Positions 59,246-64,000 of a stretch of 64,000 bases of DNA are shown here, piece after piece. Position 1 is the first letter of the stretch; each line of letters opens with the position of its first letter. The DNA lies in assembly GCA_963668675.2 (NCBI GenBank), contig CAXXMB010000002.1, positions 352,001-416,000 of the forward strand. The letters are read 5' to 3'. Source of the stretch: an uncultured Desulfatitalea sp. GTDB taxonomy: Bacteria > Desulfobacterota > Desulfobacteria > Desulfobacterales > Desulfosarcinaceae. The position numbers and the translations under genes are program-made. The notes beneath the pieces are model-generated. The model did no database searches, was not told the DNA's origin, and was given only the letters and a program-made list of their open reading frames with translations.

Positions 59246-59998
59246 ATGCCGGAAACCGCTTCAAAAATAAGGATCCAGGGCGCACAGGCCCCGATTACAG
59301 TCATTGGCTGCGGCGCCCGGTGGATCGTTGTGGAGAAGCCCTGCGGCATAAGCATCCACAACGATCCGGGCAGTGACCTCTGCTCCCTGGTCCTGGCCGC
59401 TTTGCACAGTGGGCGCCTGACCGGGCCAAGTCGTGAAATCAGCGCCCTGCATGCCGCCCATCGCCTTGACAGGGACACCAGCGGCATCGTGCTCCTGGCA
59501 GGCGATTCCGAAACTTTGGCCTTCTTCGGCCGACAGTTCACCGAAAAAGCTGTCAGCAAAAGGTACCTGGCTGTGGTCCATGGCTGCATTGAGGTGGTGG
59601 CTGCAAACGAGGAGTGGACAGACTGGACCTGGCCCCTGACCAGAGCGGCCGCCGGACGAAATGACCCCATGGGAAGAGGCGATCGGATGCCCTGCGACAC
59701 ACGCGTCCGACTCATGTCCCACAGCTCGCACTACTCCCTGATCGAGTGCGAACCGCTCACCGGCCGCAAACACCAGATACGAAGGCATGCCAAATTGGCA
59801 GGTCATCCGGTCGTGGGAGACCGCCGCTACGGGTCGGCCCGATCACTGGCCTATCTGCGCCAGCACCACAATTTCCAGCGGCTCGGGCTCCATGCCCATG
59901 CCCTGGCCATCCGCCTTCCAGGCGAAGACAAAATCACCGCTTTTGAATCCAACGGACTGCCCGAACAACTGCGTCAGCTGTTTGAATCGGATCGATGA
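59246..59998 (+). CDS. RluA-family RNA pseudouridine synthase
   Basis: VEKPCG, HRLDRDTSG, KRYLAVV, TGRKHQIRRH, GHPVVGD..YG, LHA. Confidence 0.92.
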   Translation: MPETASKIRIQGAQAPITVIGCGARWIVVEKPCGISIHNDPGSDLCSLVLAALHSGRLTGPSREISALHAAHRLDRDTSGIVLLAGDSETLAFFGRQFTEKAVSKRYLAVVHGCIEVVAANEEWTDWTWPLTRAAAGRNDPMGRGDRMPCDTRVRLMSHSSHYSLIECEPLTGRKHQIRRHAKLAGHPVVGDRRYGSARSLAYLRQHHNFQRLGLHAHALAIRLPGEDKITAFESNGLPEQLRQLFESDR

Positions 59999-60212
59999 TA
60001 GGGAAAAAACGAGAAAATCTCTAAACCTCAAGCAACGGTTGTCTTCGGAGATGGCTTCAAATAACCTTCAATACATTGATCACTTGACACCCCCCCCTTG
60101 CCGGGCCTAATTTGCCCGCAAGAGAAATCACCTTTTTCCAGACACTGAACCCATTTACCCATGCAGCTTGGGGCCCGAACCGATGCCCCAGGCGCCAATC
60201 AGAGGTTTCGAC

Positions 60213-60782
60213 ATGAGAAAAATCACCATAGGCCCCCAAACCCTCATCTATCCCATGCCCGCGTTTCTCATCGGGGCCAACGTGGCCGGCAAGGCCAACT
60301 TCATGACCGCCGCCTGGAGCGGCATCGCCAACAGCAACCCGCCAATGGTCACCGTGGCCTTTCAGCACCACCGCCACACCTACAAGGGCGTAAAAGAGAA
60401 CGGCACCTTCTCCATCAACGTGCCCACCGAAGAGCAGGTCAAAGAGACCGACTACTGCGGCATCGTCTCGGGCACTAAACAGGACAAAACCGGCGACTGC
60501 GGCTTCACCGTATTCTACGGCCAATTGAAAACCGCTCCCCTCATCGAACAGTGCCCGGTCAACCTGGAGTGCAAAGTGGTCCACATCCTCAACCTGGGCA
60601 GCCACGCCCTGGTCGTGGGCCAGATCGAAGAGACCCACATCTCCGAGAGCTGTGCCACCGACGGGCTGCCCGACGCCGAAAAGGTCAAGCCGATCATTTA
60701 CAGCGCCGGCGCAAAAAAGCAGTATCACGGTTTGGGTCAGCCGTTGGCCAAAGCGTTCAGCGTGGGCAAGGATCTCAAGTAG
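60213..60782 (+). CDS. Flavin reductase / flavoredoxin family protein
   Basis: IYPMP.FLIG, NFMTAAW, FSINVP, DYCG.VSG, APLIEQCPVNLEC.V, GSH.LVVG. Confidence 0.9.
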   Translation: MRKITIGPQTLIYPMPAFLIGANVAGKANFMTAAWSGIANSNPPMVTVAFQHHRHTYKGVKENGTFSINVPTEEQVKETDYCGIVSGTKQDKTGDCGFTVFYGQLKTAPLIEQCPVNLECKVVHILNLGSHALVVGQIEETHISESCATDGLPDAEKVKPIIYSAGAKKQYHGLGQPLAKAFSVGKDLK

Positions 60783-60880
60783 TGTCTCCAAGGCAATCCA
60801 TTTTACGGCATGCATCGCCCCTCAGTTCGTTGACCTGAAAAAACTGAATTGATCCATTTGAAAAAGCAGGAGAAAAACCA

Positions 60881-60979
60881 ATGTCAAAAGCAAGAGACAC
60901 CCAAAAGTCGGATAAGAAAAAACCCCAGAAAACAGCCAAGGAGAAGAAACAGGAAAAGCGGGAGAAAAAGAAAAAATAG
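60881..60979 (+). CDS. 32-aa Lys-rich small basic protein (below ORF-track cutoff)
   Basis: CAGGAG RBS; MSKARDTQKSDKKKPQKTAKEKKQEKREKKKK-stop. Confidence 0.7.
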   Translation: MSKARDTQKSDKKKPQKTAKEKKQEKREKKKK

Positions 60980-61005
60980 CGGGTTATTAACCCGGCAATT
61001 AATTA

Positions 61006-62678
61006 GGGCTTCCTGAATAATCCGTGACCCCAACGTTGCTCTGTGCCCAATGCCCGATTAGATACACGTAGTCGCAAATTTGTCCGATCTTAACTGTATC
61101 TGCGGGCTTTGAATGCGACTGTTATCGTCAAAACTGAACCTATGGAGAAGTAAAAGGAAACAAAAAAGAAGGCTATTGAGCCACTTCTCTAAATTCATCA
61201 CCAAAAATACTACAGCTATGGCAGTCTCAGATGTGCTGTCCAGCTTGCTCATGATCTTTGACAAACTGAATCGACGCTTTCCCTGTCCAAATTTTCCTTC
61301 AATGGGGATACGATCAAGTTCATCCTGCCGGGCCTGCTTCTGTATCGCTTTGCGGACTTCGGTATCGGAAGGTGGCCGCCCCAGTGCAGGGCCGGATAAC
61401 CGGATGCCGTGCTTTTTACAGAACTTGATGTTGTCCCTGTTGCGATAGATCTTGTCGGCATGAATTGAGGCGGGATAACAACCAAAGCGGTCTTTGTATG
61501 CTTGCGCCTGTTTGATTAAATCAGCCGACTCGTTATATGCATCCCAGTTCAATCGGTCCAAAAAGCAGTATCCGTCAACCGCGCTGACTGATATCTTGGC
61601 TCCAAATTCCGTAGCAGCTCCTGCCTTGCCACGTTTAATGGGCCGAACATGCGGTTGGTAGATGTTGACAATACGATCATCGATTCTTTTGACCTTCTGA
61701 TCATACATCCACTTTTGCTGGCGATACACTTCATTGATGACCAACAACAGCTTGTACATGCGCTTTTTAAGCATCAACAACGATGAAATCTGCGATAACT
61801 TGTCGATCGTTTTAAGATTACGCCTCAGATAGCCCAGTTGTTGACGTATGGCCTTGCGCATTTTGCTCTTCGGCACCTTCTTGCTTTTTGCAATGGCAAG
61901 AAACTGTTTTCGTGCTTTTTTGCGATAGGTGCGCGGTTTTTTAAGTTTGCCTCTGTGGGGTCGGTGCAAAACATCAATAATTTTTTCGCTTTTTTCTCTG
62001 GCCTCATTGAGTATTTTCAGATCGGTAGGGAAAGTAATGTCGGCCGGTGTGCAGGTCGCATCAATCAACAATTTACCACTGTTTGGCTTTTTCCCATCAG
62101 CGCCACCGCCACTGTTGTCTTTACCGTCATCTTTCGCATTTTTTTTGACCGATCTTGCTTTGTGATTCACAGTTTCGATGATCTGGCAAATGGCTTTCTT
62201 GCCGAAACGCTTTCTAAAATGAACAAACATTGTGGAGTGAAATGGTTCTTCATCACGATAGTCCGTAAAGCCTAAAAAGTATTGCAGGTAAGGGTTTTCG
62301 CGAATCTGCTCGACGGTCTCTTCATCTGAGGTGCCAAGCTTTTCCTTTATGATCAACGCACCCAATGCAATACGTACCGACATCGCCGGTGGCCCTAATC
62401 CGGAACCTGACAGCTTCTTTGCATAGGCCTCTTCAAATTCTTCCCAGGGAATAAATTTGGCCAGTTTTACCCATCGATTATCACTTCGTAATTTTCCATC
62501 AAAAGGAAGGTTGAAATTTTCAAATTCCAGTTGCTTCAGATTGTGTTTGTACATGGTTTTCCCGGGCAAAAAGTGCAAGGTTATTTGTGGTTTTCGGTGA
62601 GTTCTCGATCACTTTTTGTCCTGTTTATAACATATTTTTGTTGCGTTTACAATACCTTACACTTAATTCAGGAAGCCC
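61006..62678 (-). mobile_element. Insertion sequence, IS5 family, 1673 bp, 13-bp perfect TIR, 6-bp TAATTA target duplication
   Basis: GGGCTTCCTGAAT (61006-61018) / ATTCAGGAAGCCC (62666-62678). TAATTA at 61000-61005 and 62679-62684. Visibly AT-richer than its flanks. Confidence 0.92.
61058..62554 (-). CDS. IS5-family DDE transposase
   Basis: NRWVKLA..IPW, SDEETVEQIRENPYLQYFLG, LIDAT, RGKAG..TEFGAK, ADKIY, IEGKFGQGKRRF; uninterrupted frame. Confidence 0.93.
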   Translation of the reverse strand: MYKHNLKQLEFENFNLPFDGKLRSDNRWVKLAKFIPWEEFEEAYAKKLSGSGLGPPAMSVRIALGALIIKEKLGTSDEETVEQIRENPYLQYFLGFTDYRDEEPFHSTMFVHFRKRFGKKAICQIIETVNHKARSVKKNAKDDGKDNSGGGADGKKPNSGKLLIDATCTPADITFPTDLKILNEAREKSEKIIDVLHRPHRGKLKKPRTYRKKARKQFLAIAKSKKVPKSKMRKAIRQQLGYLRRNLKTIDKLSQISSLLMLKKRMYKLLLVINEVYRQQKWMYDQKVKRIDDRIVNIYQPHVRPIKRGKAGAATEFGAKISVSAVDGYCFLDRLNWDAYNESADLIKQAQAYKDRFGCYPASIHADKIYRNRDNIKFCKKHGIRLSGPALGRPPSDTEVRKAIQKQARQDELDRIPIEGKFGQGKRRFSLSKIMSKLDSTSETAIAVVFLVMNLEKWLNSLLFCFLLLLHRFSFDDNSRIQSPQIQLRSDKFATTCI

Positions 62679-62769
62679 TAATTACCTTAGCAATCGTCAT
62701 TCCGGACTTGATCCGGAATGACAAAGGTTGGCCTATTTAATTGCCGGTTTAATAATGATGGCGCGACAT

Positions 62770-63270
62770 TTACTGTTTTGAGAAGTGTTCGGCGCTTTGA
62801 TCTGCCCTTAATGCTTCTCTGGACGCTCGGTCCACAAGCGAAAAAAGCTGATCAACCGAATTTTTTTGATTCGACGGCAAGTGCCCGCGCATCTTTACAA
62901 AAACACAGTTCAGCCGATCCATTACGCGATAAAACTCTTGATACAGCAGATAATGATTGATTCGCCGGTTTCTCTTCGAGTGATAACCGCTCTCTTCATG
63001 CCGCACTCGCCTCTTCTTCAACGTCATGATGTTTTGAGAATCGGTATAAACCATCACCTTTCCTCCAAAGGGCTGTATCTCATTTAACGCCCACAACAGT
63101 GTCTGCAATTCCAGCTTTGTCGAAGAGGTGTGCTCAAACCGCCTTACCTTCACACGCAACCGCAAAGCATCCAGTGAAACCCCACCATCAAAGACCGCCA
63201 GATAGGCGCCATAACCGATCTTTGTCTGTACATTCACGCTGCCATCCGTAAACAACTGCATTTCACCCAT
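62770..63270 (-). CDS. Ribonuclease H-like protein
   Basis: LFTDGS, STKLEL, VYTDSQ, GH...VDRASR carry the D-E-D-D acidic set. Confidence 0.85.
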   Translation of the reverse strand: MGEMQLFTDGSVNVQTKIGYGAYLAVFDGGVSLDALRLRVKVRRFEHTSSTKLELQTLLWALNEIQPFGGKVMVYTDSQNIMTLKKRRVRHEESGYHSKRNRRINHYLLYQEFYRVMDRLNCVFVKMRGHLPSNQKNSVDQLFSLVDRASREALRADQSAEHFSKQ

Positions 63271-63286
63271 AAACTTGCTTCGTCCC

Positions 63287-64000
63287 CTAAAGCCCACTAC
63301 CGCCGCATCGGGATATCGACGGAGGCCTGGCGAAAAGGACGGCCACCGCGGCCAGCACGCTCACGACGGCAAACAAGGTGAAGGCCAAATGGTAGCTGCC
63401 GGTGGCGTCGTAGATCCTCCCGGCAATGGCCGGCCCGATGGCCGCGCCGGCAGCCACGAACATCCCCATCAGCCCCGACACCACGCCAAAGGAGACCATC
63501 CCGAAACACTCGGCGGTGAGCAGCGACTGGGTCATGAGGATGCTGCCCATGGTCAGCCCGAAAATGAAGGTGCCCATGTAGAGCACCACTGCATGGGTGG
63601 AGTAGGCCAGGCCGAGAATCGCCACCCCCTGAAGGAGAAACAGGCCCACGGTCACATGACGCTTGTCCAGCGGATCGATGAACACGCCCAGGATCAGGCG
63701 GCCCGCAATGCTGGCCGCGGCCGTCAGGCTCACCGCAGTGGCCGCGCCGGCCAGCCCCAGGGATCGGGACAGAAAAGAGATCTGGTGGACCAGATAGGCC
63801 ACCTGGCAGATCATGGCCAGAAAAAAGGCCGAGACCAAAGCCCAGAAGGAGAGCGTGCGCATCGCCTGGCGGCGCGTCCATGTTGCTGTCTGGTGGTCAT
63901 GGCGCAGAGCGGCGGCCACAGTGTCGGTCGGCATGGACTGGGGCGGACGGCCGTCGGGATACTGGCCCACATCCGAAGGCCGCTGCTTAATGACAAAGAG
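63287..64000 (-). CDS. MFS transporter, 3' part (runs off window end)
   Basis: AMRTLSFW, GRLILGVFID, GPAIAGRIYDATGSY; six C-terminal TM helices. Confidence 0.88.
   Translation of the reverse strand, partial: LFVIKQRPSDVGQYPDGRPPQSMPTDTVAAALRHDHQTATWTRRQAMRTLSFWALVSAFFLAMICQVAYLVHQISFLSRSLGLAGAATAVSLTAAASIAGRLILGVFIDPLDKRHVTVGLFLLQGVAILGLAYSTHAVVLYMGTFIFGLTMGSILMTQSLLTAECFGMVSFGVVSGLMGMFVAAGAAIGPAIAGRIYDATGSYHLAFTLFAVVSVLAAVAVLFARPPSISRCGGSGL

Larger units (their letters stand above)
60984..62755. repeat. Miniature element family B (93 bp when the IS is removed) interrupted by the IS
   Basis: Ends TTATTAACCCGGCAATTAA (60984) / TTAATTGCCGGTTTAATAA (62737-62755), 18/19 inverted. Internal perfect hairpin GTCATTCCGGA-CTTGA-TCCGGAATGAC (62696-62722). 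Confidence 0.7.

Overview
A ~64 kb, GC-rich bacterial chromosomal segment. Gene content points to an anaerobic Desulfobacterota (Desulfobacterales-like) organism; this is inferred from iorAB, dapL-lysA, a DUF2318 ABC operon and a CFI-box surface protein. Most of the ~50 CDS are housekeeping or metabolic: 5' end of carB, dapL, lysA, iorA/iorB, nadE, a cold-shock protein, dmeF, radical SAM, carboxyltransferase and a eukaryote-type UGPase. No rRNA, tRNA or CRISPR array was seen. The most notable items are not visible in the ORF track. (1) A probable exported selenocysteine MsrA (in-frame UGA in G-U-FWG plus a SECIS-like hairpin), preceded by a multi-stem leader that buries its ribosome-binding site. 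(2) A Cys-rich, signal-peptide-bearing, RPP-ending ORF with a perfect operator dyad heading a DUF2318/ABC operon, a candidate metal-sensing leader-peptide system. (3) Two families of miniature elements: one has IS4/IS231-like ends around a GTAG-REP doublet, and the other has been hit by an IS5-family element with a TAATTA duplication. (4) A pair of TetR operators and a 32-aa Lys-rich small protein. All calls come from reading motifs by eye; no database searches were run.
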